A stretch of DNA of 54,082 bases from the IMG/VR virus record IMGVR_UViG_3300021962_000143, positions 1 through 54,082 of that record; one strand, 5' to 3'. The position numbers and the translations under genes are program-made. This DNA is from a virus (Duplodnaviria; Caudoviricetes). Positions 38,764-46,700 of the stretch are shown one piece after another (the first letter of the stretch is position 1; every line of letters begins with the position of its first letter). The notes under the pieces were generated by a model, which was given only the letters and a program-made list of their open reading frames with translations, had not been told where the DNA came from and ran no database searches.

Positions 38764-39696
38764 ATGTTTAGAAACTTAGGAAGTAACTCAAACCCTGTAC
38801 ACATCCAGGGCAGTGCTACTTCCTATTTTTCTGCACCTGAATCAGAGTTAGACCCTAAGTTATTTTCAGGAACAACTTTAAAAGGATGGGTTCGTAATGG
38901 AATCCTTCACCTTCTTTTTGGGTTCTTAAATGAGCAGTACCGTCACCCAAACTTATGGGCACACGTATGGATTGCAGGCTCAGGAGTCTCATACCAATGG
39001 TCAGCAGCACGTCAGCCTGGGGACTTAGATGTTCTTATTGGAGTTAACTACATCCAATTCCGTAAAGCACACCCAGAGTTTGCAGGACTTGGCGATGTAG
39101 AAATCAGCCGTATGTTAAACGAGGATTTTCGTAATCACCTGCAGCCAGAGACTGAAAACTGGAATGGGTACGAAGTTACCTTCTATGTAAACCCAGGAGC
39201 TACAGACATTCGTTCTATTAACCCGTATGCAGCTTACGACCTAACTCACAATGAATGGACAGTTCATCCAGCACAAACAACTGCACCAGAGAATCGTGTG
39301 TGGGATGAAGTTGCAAAGCGAGACCTGTCTGTAGCCACAGAGATTGTAACTCGCTATACAAAGGCGCTTACCGATGTACAGGGCGCACAAAACGACCCAG
39401 CACGTCGCAATGCTGAGGCAAGACTACACGCAGCCCTAATGCAAGGTTCAGCCATGTATGAGGACATTCACGGAGCAAGAAAGTTTGCGTTCCGTAAAGA
39501 AGGTCAGGGTTATGCAGATTTTTATAACTATAGATGGCAGGCTGGGAAGAAGTACGGAACAGTGCCTGCCCTACGAAAGATGTCTGAGTACTGGTCAGCA
39601 TACAAAGCACAACAGGCAGAAGAGACTTACGGTGTTGAACTGCCAGATACTCAGACCCTAATTAGAAGAGCGGCAACGTACAGAGCAAAGGGATAA
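38764..39696 (+). CDS. Pol-beta superfamily nucleotidyltransferase
   Basis: hGS motif WIAGSGVSYQW, DxD in GDLDVLI, third acid in YEVTFYV; helical C-domain. Confidence 0.8.
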   Translation: MFRNLGSNSNPVHIQGSATSYFSAPESELDPKLFSGTTLKGWVRNGILHLLFGFLNEQYRHPNLWAHVWIAGSGVSYQWSAARQPGDLDVLIGVNYIQFRKAHPEFAGLGDVEISRMLNEDFRNHLQPETENWNGYEVTFYVNPGATDIRSINPYAAYDLTHNEWTVHPAQTTAPENRVWDEVAKRDLSVATEIVTRYTKALTDVQGAQNDPARRNAEARLHAALMQGSAMYEDIHGARKFAFRKEGQGYADFYNYRWQAGKKYGTVPALRKMSEYWSAYKAQQAEETYGVELPDTQTLIRRAATYRAKG

Positions 39697-40185
39697 ATGA
39701 ACATACTCGTATCACTAGACGGCGTACTAAGTTCGGAATCAGGGGAACCAATCCGTGCAGGAGTGGCGCTTTACTACGCCCTAAATATCAATAACCGTGT
39801 TGCCATCATGACCAGTCGTGACGAAGCAGATGCAAAGCATTGGTTACAGTCGCACGGCATTATTAACTATGACGACCTAATTGATTCTTCTTTTGCACTT
39901 GAGGGTGAGGACCTAAAGAAGAGACAGTTCACTCTTTCACGTTCCAGGGCCCCGATTGAGATGTATGTAGATGCTGACCCAAGTATGTGTGCCTGGGTTT
40001 TTGAAGAGCAAAGAGTTCCAACAATCCTCTTTAGCCATCCAGGGTTTGCTTTAGTTGAGAACCGCCCAGATGCACCTAAAAAGGTACGACGCTGGTCTGA
40101 CATTGAGGAATCTATAAATAGAGTTAACATAGCTCGCTCAGAGCAAGCTCAAAAGCCAAAAGAAGCTGAACTCTGGTCTGATTGA
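39697..40185 (+). CDS. HAD-fold protein with degenerate motif I
   Basis: NILVSLDGVL (S at the nucleophile D position), IMTSR, WL..HGI..YD.L, YVDADP. Confidence 0.65.
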   Translation: MNILVSLDGVLSSESGEPIRAGVALYYALNINNRVAIMTSRDEADAKHWLQSHGIINYDDLIDSSFALEGEDLKKRQFTLSRSRAPIEMYVDADPSMCAWVFEEQRVPTILFSHPGFALVENRPDAPKKVRRWSDIEESINRVNIARSEQAQKPKEAELWSD

Positions 40186-41690
40186 TGCGTATCATCTTTA
40201 GCGGGGCTGAAGTAGGCTCAAACCGCAATCTTCTTTTTGACTCAAAAGTTGAGTCAATGGGACTCAACTTTTGGACTCTACGCAAGCGTGGATTGCCCAC
40301 AACCAAGCTCTGGTTAATTAGCGAGCACTTTGACCCAGAAATAAACGTCTTTATTGAATCAGGTGCAGCTCAAGCTGACAAAGCAGGATTGTCAAAAGAA
40401 GAATTACTTTCTTTAGCCGCTGACTACCAGGAGTTCCTGGTAAACAACAGCGAAAGAGCAACAGCCTTTATGGAGTTTGACTCTATGGTTCTGGGTAAAG
40501 AGTGGGTGGAAGCCCAGCGACCTTTCTATGAGCATGACCCAAAATTATGGGTAGTTTGGCATGAGGAATACGGTCTTCCATCCCTCAAACTTATGTCCCA
40601 GAAGTACAAGAACGTGGTCATACCCAGCGCTGAGATTGAGTCTGTAACAAGCCTTGCAGGGCTTGCCAGAGGCTACCAAAGGCAGTTTGGGACTTCCTAC
40701 CACGCCTTAGCCTGTGCCAAGCCAGACAACCTACGGCAGATACCATTTAGCACTGCAAGCACATTGTCGTGGTTATCCCCAATGCGTAGAGGCGAAACTA
40801 TCGTGTGGGACGGGTCGCAAATCAAGCGGTATCCAAAGCGCATGAAAGACCAAGCAAGACCCCGTTACAAGAGCATCGTACAGAAGGCAGGGCTAGACTA
40901 TTTGGGGTTTAGCCAAGATAACACCCTTGAAGCGACTAGAGTTGCAGTCTGGTCATATCTACAGTTGGAGTCATCCATGGACAAGAAAACACCTAATTTC
41001 CACATCATTGATGGGGGTAAAGAAGGTCAAGTATCTGATAACAGTGATACCCCACTCATGAGTGGTTTGATGGAATTAGGGGGGGTACTTTCTGATAACA
41101 GTGCCTCTGAGATGCGGAAAGTTGAGCGTCAAGAAGTAGTCCAAAGAGACCCTTCAGAGGTTCAAAACCTACCTGTTTTCGGGTACAAGATGAAGACTGT
41201 TGTTGAAACAGACGACAACGGCAAAGACATTTTGATGGACATCCCAGTCGTACAAACCCAGCAAACGTCTTTAAGGCAATGCGACACTTGCTTCGTTGCT
41301 GCCAACTGCCCAGCCTTCAAACCCCAGAACACCTGTGCTTTTAACCTGCCAATTGAGGTGAAGACTAAAGACCAACTGAAGGCATTGATGACCTCAATGA
41401 TTGAAATGCAGGGTCAAAGAGTCGCTTTTATGCGTTTTGCTGAGGAAATGAACGGTGGTTACGCAGACCCAAACGTTTCTCAAGAAGTTGACCGCCTAAT
41501 CAAAATGGTTAAAGAAGTTAATGACATGGCATCGGACAAAGAGTTCATCCAGATTACAGCTCAGCGTCAAGGCTCTGGTGGAGTCCTCTCAGCCATCTTT
41601 GGAGACAAAGCTCAAGCTCTGAGAGAGTTGCCTGAGACTCTAAAAGAAGATACCGTAACTAAAATTATCCAGTCTTCAATAGAAGACTAA
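40185..41690 (+). CDS. TGT/DpdA-like TIM-barrel protein (degenerate) fused to a Cys-cluster and helical domain
   Basis: VFIESGA, EFD, VVWH, YHALA..LRQIPFSTASTLSW resemble TGT-like DSGA / H.LG / S.DS.SW; CDTC..NC..TC in the C-terminal part. Confidence 0.5.
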   Translation: MRIIFSGAEVGSNRNLLFDSKVESMGLNFWTLRKRGLPTTKLWLISEHFDPEINVFIESGAAQADKAGLSKEELLSLAADYQEFLVNNSERATAFMEFDSMVLGKEWVEAQRPFYEHDPKLWVVWHEEYGLPSLKLMSQKYKNVVIPSAEIESVTSLAGLARGYQRQFGTSYHALACAKPDNLRQIPFSTASTLSWLSPMRRGETIVWDGSQIKRYPKRMKDQARPRYKSIVQKAGLDYLGFSQDNTLEATRVAVWSYLQLESSMDKKTPNFHIIDGGKEGQVSDNSDTPLMSGLMELGGVLSDNSASEMRKVERQEVVQRDPSEVQNLPVFGYKMKTVVETDDNGKDILMDIPVVQTQQTSLRQCDTCFVAANCPAFKPQNTCAFNLPIEVKTKDQLKALMTSMIEMQGQRVAFMRFAEEMNGGYADPNVSQEVDRLIKMVKEVNDMASDKEFIQITAQRQGSGGVLSAIFGDKAQALRELPETLKEDTVTKIIQSSIED

Positions 41691-41705
41691 CTATCTGATA
41701 ACAGT
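41034..41705 (+). repeat. Three copies of TCTGATAACAGT
   Basis: Exact 12-mers at 41034, 41091 and 41694. Confidence 0.8.
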
Positions 41706-41852
41706 ACTTTCTGTAACTTGAAACAGGGTTCACCCTGTGCAGATGTATTTTGAAGTAAACAAAGTTAACAAGTGCGTGGTAGGTTTCGCCACGGCACAAT
41801 AGGTCTCCCTGTTGAGGGGTATTTACATAAACACAGAAATGGTGGTAAGGAA

Positions 41853-43889
41853 TTGGGTCTGTTCTCTTTTGAATTAACAAATGATTTCGTCGCTTCGTAC
41901 AAGGACAAGAAGGCTCCTTTTGGGTACAGGGATGCCGCTGGAAACTCAGTTGGAGAGATTACTTTTCTCCGTACCTATTCACGCCTAAAGGCAGATGGTA
42001 CTAAGGAGACTTGGGTAGACGTGTGTGAGCGAGTCATCAACGGCATGTACTCCTTGCAGAAAGACCATGCCAAAAGTCAGAGACTACCTTGGTCTGATGC
42101 CAAGGCAGCAGCCTCTGCTAAAGAAGCATTTGACCGTCTCTTCAACTTGAAGTGGACTCCACCTGGACGTGGACTATGGGTAATGGGTACCCCCCTCGTT
42201 AATGAGCAACGCAACTCTGCTGCCTTGCAGAACTGCGCTTTCGTATCAACAGGGTCAATGGTCAAGACTGACCCAGCAAAACCATTTGCTTTTCTAATGG
42301 AAGCATCAATGCTTGGTGTTGGTGTGGGCTTTGACGACAAGGGTGCAGATAAGGACTTCACAATTTATGAACCAAAAGAAACTTACGAGTATAAAATCCC
42401 TGACACCAGAGAAGGATGGGTTGAATCAACAGCCGCCCTCATCAATGCCTACCTCAAGCCAGATACGAAGGCTCCAGTATTTGATTACGAAGAAATCCGC
42501 CCAGCAGGTGCGCCAATCAAAACCTTTGGTGGAACTGCAGCAGGACACGAACCTCTCTTAAGATTACATAACCACATCAATAAGATGTTTGCTGGTCGTG
42601 CAGGTCAGAAGTTAACTAAGACCGACATTGCAGACATCGGAAACATGATTGGTGTCTGTGTTGTATCAGGCAACGTTCGTCGCTCTGCAGAACTTCTTAT
42701 TGGTCAGATTGATGACGAGAACTTCTTAAACCTCAAGAACCCAGAGGTCTATCCAGAGCGCAACTCTTACGACCCTGCTAACCCAGGTTGGGCTTGGATG
42801 TCTAACAACTCTGTAGAAGCAAAGGTTGGCTCAGACTTCTCAAAGATTATTGACGGAATCGTTCGTAATGGTGAGCCTGGCGTTGTATGGATGGATGTAT
42901 CACGCAAGTATGGTCGTCTTATTGACCCACCTAACAACAAAGACTGGCGCATCGCTGGATACAACCCTTGCGCTGAACAATCTCTTGAGTCATACGAGTG
43001 TTGCACACTTGTAGAAACATATTTAAACCGCCATACAGACCTTGAAGACTTTAAGCGCACATTGAAGTTTGCTTATCTGTACGCAAAGACTGTGACGCTT
43101 CTCCCAACGCACTGGGAAGAGACAAACGCAATTATGCAACGCAACCGCCGTATTGGAACTTCTATTTCAGGAATCGCAAACTTTGCCGACAACAACGGAT
43201 GGACTGTATTGCGTGACTGGTTGAACAACGGATACGAAGTCATTAAGAAGTATGATGAATCTTATTCTGAGTGGCTTGGAATCCGTCAGTCAATCAAGAT
43301 GACTACAGTAAAGCCATCAGGAACTGTATCTATCCTTGCTGGTGAATCTCCTGGAGTGCACTGGGCATCAGGAGGAAAGTTCTTTAACAGAGCAATTCGT
43401 TTTGCTAATACTGACCCAATGCTTCCTTTGTTTAAGATGGCTAACTATAGAGTTGAACCTGCATCTGAATCTCCTGACACAACTAGCGTTGTCTTCTTCC
43501 CAATTGAAACTAACGCAAAGCGTGCAGAGAAAGAAGTTTCAGTTCACGAAAAGGTTGCACTTGCAGTTGTAGTTCAACGATACTGGTCAGATAACTCTGT
43601 CTCTGTAACTGTTACCTTTGACCCTGAGAAAGAAGCAGACTCTATTGCTTCCATCTTGCACATGCACGATGGTCAGCTAAAGACGATTAGTTTCTTGCCT
43701 ATGGGTAATGCAGTTTATCCTCAGATGCCTTACACACAGATTACTTCTGAAGAGTATGAAGAAGGTTGCATGAGTCTAATGCCTATTGACTTATCAGGTG
43801 TTTACGCAGGTATGGCAGCCGATGCTATCGGAGAGGCTTACTGCACAACAGATGCTTGTGAGGTTAAGTTAATCAAGGACAGTCAATGA
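41853..43889 (+). CDS. nrdJ: Class II (adenosylcobalamin-dependent) ribonucleotide reductase
   Basis: RTYSR, PPGRGLW, NCAF, GNVRRSA, NPCAEQ, VKPSGTVS, C-terminal YCTTDAC; TTG 41853 preferred over 41772 because of SD AAGG. Confidence 0.95.
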   Translation: MGLFSFELTNDFVASYKDKKAPFGYRDAAGNSVGEITFLRTYSRLKADGTKETWVDVCERVINGMYSLQKDHAKSQRLPWSDAKAAASAKEAFDRLFNLKWTPPGRGLWVMGTPLVNEQRNSAALQNCAFVSTGSMVKTDPAKPFAFLMEASMLGVGVGFDDKGADKDFTIYEPKETYEYKIPDTREGWVESTAALINAYLKPDTKAPVFDYEEIRPAGAPIKTFGGTAAGHEPLLRLHNHINKMFAGRAGQKLTKTDIADIGNMIGVCVVSGNVRRSAELLIGQIDDENFLNLKNPEVYPERNSYDPANPGWAWMSNNSVEAKVGSDFSKIIDGIVRNGEPGVVWMDVSRKYGRLIDPPNNKDWRIAGYNPCAEQSLESYECCTLVETYLNRHTDLEDFKRTLKFAYLYAKTVTLLPTHWEETNAIMQRNRRIGTSISGIANFADNNGWTVLRDWLNNGYEVIKKYDESYSEWLGIRQSIKMTTVKPSGTVSILAGESPGVHWASGGKFFNRAIRFANTDPMLPLFKMANYRVEPASESPDTTSVVFFPIETNAKRAEKEVSVHEKVALAVVVQRYWSDNSVSVTVTFDPEKEADSIASILHMHDGQLKTISFLPMGNAVYPQMPYTQITSEEYEEGCMSLMPIDLSGVYAGMAADAIGEAYCTTDACEVKLIKDSQ

Positions 43890-43975
43890 AAGTTAGATGT
43901 TTGAAGTGCTTTGAGGAGTTTGAAGAACTCCCAAAAGAATCTTCTGATGGCATCTGCTACTCGTGTAGAGATTAG
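43886..43975 (+). CDS. 29 aa zinc-finger microprotein (not in track)
   Basis: MKVRCLKCFEEFEELPKESSDGICYSCRD; overlaps the nrdJ stop; SD AAGGA. Confidence 0.55.
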   Translation: MKVRCLKCFEEFEELPKESSDGICYSCRD

Positions 43976-44015
43976 AAAAAGCCCCTATAGTAAATAAACT
44001 ATAGGGGCTTTTTTT
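43976..44015. terminator. Bidirectional intrinsic terminator at the convergence of the two arms
   Basis: aaaaagcccctatagt-aaataa-actataggggcttttttt. Confidence 0.9.
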
Positions 44016-44409
44016 ACTTCTTGTTTTTAGGTGGGTTTCTTTTATGCTTTTTCTCTAGTTGTGCTTTTCTGTTGCGAGCACTTCTTTGCTTAGACTCAAC
44101 CTGTGCTTGTGCTGCTGCTGCCTGTTGTTGTTGGCGTAGTTCAACATCTTTCATTGGACGGCTTGTGTCTCTGATTACTGTAATAATCTTTGTTGCTGGT
44201 CGGTCTGTAACAATCTTAATGTGATGGTCTAGATTGTTTGGGTCACGATGCTCGGTAATCATTACATTAGGGTCAGTCTTTGACGGCATACTCGTTCCAT
44301 GTTTAGCCACGTGCTTTACTGTTTCCCAATCTACATCTCTTTCCCAAGAACGGTCTCCTGCATGAAGACTTGCTTGTGGGTTTAAGATTAGGTGTTGGAT
44401 TGCTGACAT
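44014..44409 (-). CDS. DUF4258-like (RNase/toxin-like fold) protein with Q/K-rich tail
   Basis: HAGDRSWERDVDWETVKHV.KHG...IKIV....KIITVI. Confidence 0.6.
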   Translation of the reverse strand: MSAIQHLILNPQASLHAGDRSWERDVDWETVKHVAKHGTSMPSKTDPNVMITEHRDPNNLDHHIKIVTDRPATKIITVIRDTSRPMKDVELRQQQQAAAAQAQVESKQRSARNRKAQLEKKHKRNPPKNKK

Positions 44410-44425
44410 AGATACAAGGATAAAG

Positions 44426-44451
44426 AAAAAGCCCTGATTTCTCAGGGCTTA
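44426..44451 (-). terminator. Intrinsic terminator
   Basis: Minus strand agccctgagaaatcagggcttttt. Confidence 0.8.
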
Positions 44452-44454
44452 TCC

Positions 44455-44613
44455 TTACTTACTTAAAATCCGTTTGGCTTCATTAGCCTTAATGCTCATG
44501 TATCCAGTCTTTCTTGGATTCATGCTTCCAGGCTTTTTGTAACCTGTGCCTTTCGGCATGTTTGCAATGCGAGTTTGAAGTGCCGCCGCAACTTTGTCAT
44601 GGTGCTTTGCCAT
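44455..44613 (-). CDS. 52 aa basic protein (not in track)
   Basis: SD GGGGAG; MAKHHDKVAAALQTRIANMPKGTGYKKPGSMNPRKTG... Confidence 0.7.
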   Translation of the reverse strand: MAKHHDKVAAALQTRIANMPKGTGYKKPGSMNPRKTGYMSIKANEAKRILSK

Positions 44614-44645
44614 TGACTCCCCCTTTCCTTATCTAAGTGTAACAC

Positions 44646-44678
44646 AAAAAGAAAACCCCCTCATTTCTGAGGGGGCTT
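44646..44678 (-). terminator. Intrinsic terminator
   Basis: Minus strand gccccctcagaaatgagggggttttcttttt. Confidence 0.8.
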
Positions 44679-44716
44679 CCGTTATGCGCCTGCTTTTGCT
44701 ATGGCTTTTGCTTTGG

Positions 44717-45262
44717 CTACGACTTTTGCACCTTTGGAAACTTCTTTAACCAACGCTTTACAACGCTAGTCTCAGTTCCTTTCCATGCGCTCCAATCTTT
44801 ACCACCATTGCTCATGTGATAAGCAATTTTGGCATTAACCACAGGGTTGAACAGTTCAGCATTAGAAGCCAAATTGAACTTATCACGCCTTTCATCACCT
44901 AATGAACCAAGCATGTTTACTTGGAATAGACCATAGGAGTTGTCTCCTGTCTTACGATTACCGTTGTGTGATAGCGGATTACCATGTGATTCTTTCTTTG
45001 CAATAGCCCATGCTTCTTTTAGGTCTTGACCTTTGAAGCCTACGGCACTGAGAAGTTCTACTAACTGGTGGTCAGTAAGACTATCTGCATTGACATACTT
45101 GACTAATGCATCTACTTGCTTTTCTTGCTGGCTTGTTAGTGCTTCGGCTTTTGTTGGCGTAAAGGCTGGCGGTAACCCGACAACCATTTGAGCAAACATA
45201 AACATCGCTGTAAACAGCGACCCGAACACCATCTTGCCTCTTTTTGTTAGTTTCATAATCAC
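44717..45262 (-). CDS. Lytic transglycosylase (SLT/lysozyme-like) with N-terminal signal/anchor
   Basis: AWAIAKKES.GNP, SYGLFQVN, LFNP..NAKIAY, DWSAW; hydrophobic N-terminus ending in AEA. Confidence 0.85.
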   Translation of the reverse strand: MIMKLTKRGKMVFGSLFTAMFMFAQMVVGLPPAFTPTKAEALTSQQEKQVDALVKYVNADSLTDHQLVELLSAVGFKGQDLKEAWAIAKKESHGNPLSHNGNRKTGDNSYGLFQVNMLGSLGDERRDKFNLASNAELFNPVVNAKIAYHMSNGGKDWSAWKGTETSVVKRWLKKFPKVQKS

Positions 45263-46614
45263 TCCAAATAGTCATTCACAACCTCGGCTGCGTTTGACTG
45301 CTGGTGGCGGATACGATGCAGGTATCTCTCCGTAGTTACGATTGACTGGTGACCTAACCGCTCTTTGACCTCATGCACATCTACCCCGTTCTTTAACAAC
45401 TGGGTAGCGTTAGCGTGCCGTAGGTCGTGAGTAGTGGGATACCAACCAATCCCTGACTTGTTGATGGCTTCGTTCCAAATGGCTCGCCACTTGTCACGAG
45501 GTAGGTGTCTTTCGCTAAGGCTTTTGCTATGGCTTTTGCTAGGGCTTTCGCTTTTGCTAAGGCTTTTGCTAGTGCTTTTGCTAAGGCTTTCTACCTTGCC
45601 CTTTCCCTTGTCCTTTCTATAGTGATTGCGGTACTCCCTAACCGCTTCTTTACACGCCTCACACCTACAACCGCCGACATTGTATGAATACGCCGTTGCG
45701 TGTTGGAATCTCCTGCTTCCAATGGTGTAAGGCTTCCCAACCACGCTTGTGGTAGGGCTTTCTATTTTACCCTTCTTCTCAACCAGGTGCTTTGAGAAGA
45801 TAAGGTCTTCTTTTGCTAGGGCTTTTGCCTTTACAAACTTCTTTATCTCTGCTATTAGAGCTGAGCTCAGCACAACAGTTCTTTTATTTCCGTTCTTTGT
45901 AGCTGGCACAACGAGAAATCTTGTCCCCTCGGACTTTGTCCCTGCGGGCTGGTATGCGTAGCCAACATCTGAGACTGTGCGCCTGACATAGACCTCTTTA
46001 GATTGGAAGTTAAAGTCTTTGACTCTGAGTTCTGTGGCTTCTCCGTATCGGCAACCAGAGGCTATGAGAAACTGTGCTAAAAGACGGCTTCCGTCTGTGG
46101 GTAAGTTCTTTAAGATAGCCTGAAAGTCTTTAGGCTCTAGGGTGTAGGTAGGGTCAGGCTTGGGCGTGCTTAGTCTTATGCGGTGGGTGGGGTTTGTGGC
46201 TATCGCTTCGTCATCTACGGCGAGCCTGAACAGAGAACCTAAAGAAGTCTTTAGGTGTGAGATTGTGCTTGGGCTAATCCCTTGATTTGCGAGATTATCA
46301 AACAGGGTCTTTATGTCTTTCTTGGTGATTGCGGAGATGCGCTTAGACCCAAAAGAAGGTTGGGCATACTTCTTTAGCAGGGTAATGTAGTTCTTGCGGG
46401 TTATGACTCGTATGTCATTCGCCGCCGTAAGTTTGGCTAAGTAATCGTTGAATGTCTTTTGGTTTTCGGGCATTAGATTAAACTCGCCTTCTTCGGCAAG
46501 TAATCCAGCGTTAAGTGCTTTAGCCCTAGATGAGAAAGTGCCTACGGATTTGACTTTTCCGTCTTGGCGGTAATAGGCGGTAAATCGCCCTTTGCGTTTA
46601 ACTGCGTAAGCCAT
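45259..46614 (-). CDS. int: Tyrosine recombinase/integrase with zinc-finger and SKS-repeat insertion
   Basis: SGCRYGE, TKNG, HDLRH, LGH, TERY (complete R-K-H-R-H-Y); SAM-like core-binding region. Confidence 0.93.
   Translation of the reverse strand: MAYAVKRKGRFTAYYRQDGKVKSVGTFSSRAKALNAGLLAEEGEFNLMPENQKTFNDYLAKLTAANDIRVITRKNYITLLKKYAQPSFGSKRISAITKKDIKTLFDNLANQGISPSTISHLKTSLGSLFRLAVDDEAIATNPTHRIRLSTPKPDPTYTLEPKDFQAILKNLPTDGSRLLAQFLIASGCRYGEATELRVKDFNFQSKEVYVRRTVSDVGYAYQPAGTKSEGTRFLVVPATKNGNKRTVVLSSALIAEIKKFVKAKALAKEDLIFSKHLVEKKGKIESPTTSVVGKPYTIGSRRFQHATAYSYNVGGCRCEACKEAVREYRNHYRKDKGKGKVESLSKSTSKSLSKSESPSKSHSKSLSERHLPRDKWRAIWNEAINKSGIGWYPTTHDLRHANATQLLKNGVDVHEVKERLGHQSIVTTERYLHRIRHQQSNAAEVVNDYLE
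45509..45593. repeat. 12-bp tandem repeats with a GCTTTTGCTA core inside the recombinase
   Basis: Cores at 45520, 45532, 45550, 45562, 45574. Confidence 0.9.
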
Positions 46615-46620
46615 AAAGCC

Positions 46621-46626
46621 ACCCTA
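46621..46626 (-). promoter_or_regulatory. -10 element TAGGGT of a probable leaderless int transcript
   Basis: TANNNT, 6 nt, ATG 46614; no SD; directly downstream of a terminator. Confidence 0.5.
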
Positions 46627-46652
46627 CCAGCGAGTAACTTAGAAGGCAAAAC

Positions 46653-46693
46653 AAAAAAGGGGGTAGATTGCACTTGGCAACCTACCCCCTTTA
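46653..46693 (-). terminator. Intrinsic terminator upstream of int
   Basis: Inverted repeat aaagggggtag.ttgc / gcaa.ctacccccttt with a minus-strand U-tract. Confidence 0.8.
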
Positions 46694-46700
46694 ATGTAGT

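Noticed and set aside
41706-41852. Cobalamin riboswitch or NrdR box upstream of nrdJ
   Set aside because: Only small hairpins (acagggt/accctgt); no B12-box or NrdR consensus recognised; a covariance-model search would settle it
41772-41852. 27-codon N-terminal extension of nrdJ
   Set aside because: Looks like promoter/leader sequence; TTG 41853 has an SD and matches the expected enzyme start
246-43572. Numerous antisense and alternate-frame ORFs from the track (e.g. 246-581, 20880-21434, 27412-27759, 32619-32993, 33862-34266)
   Set aside because: They shadow well-supported plus-strand genes and have no SD or motifs
20104-43889. Inteins or introns in dnaB, polA, recA or nrdJ
   Set aside because: Lengths are normal and motifs contiguous; no intein termini or LAGLIDADG blocks
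44683-44735. Frameshifted Lys/Ala tail (GAKVVAKAKAIAKAGA) for the transglycosylase
   Set aside because: Alternate frame is open, but there is no clear slippery site and it is more simply a by-product of the GCTTTTGCTA DNA repeat; not excluded
45505-45687. Plus-strand ORF MSFAKAFAMAFARAF...
   Set aside because: Translation of the 12-bp repeat antisense to the recombinase
44600-46700. tRNA-like attP core near the recombinase
   Set aside because: No tRNA 3'-half or dif-like palindrome recognisable by eye
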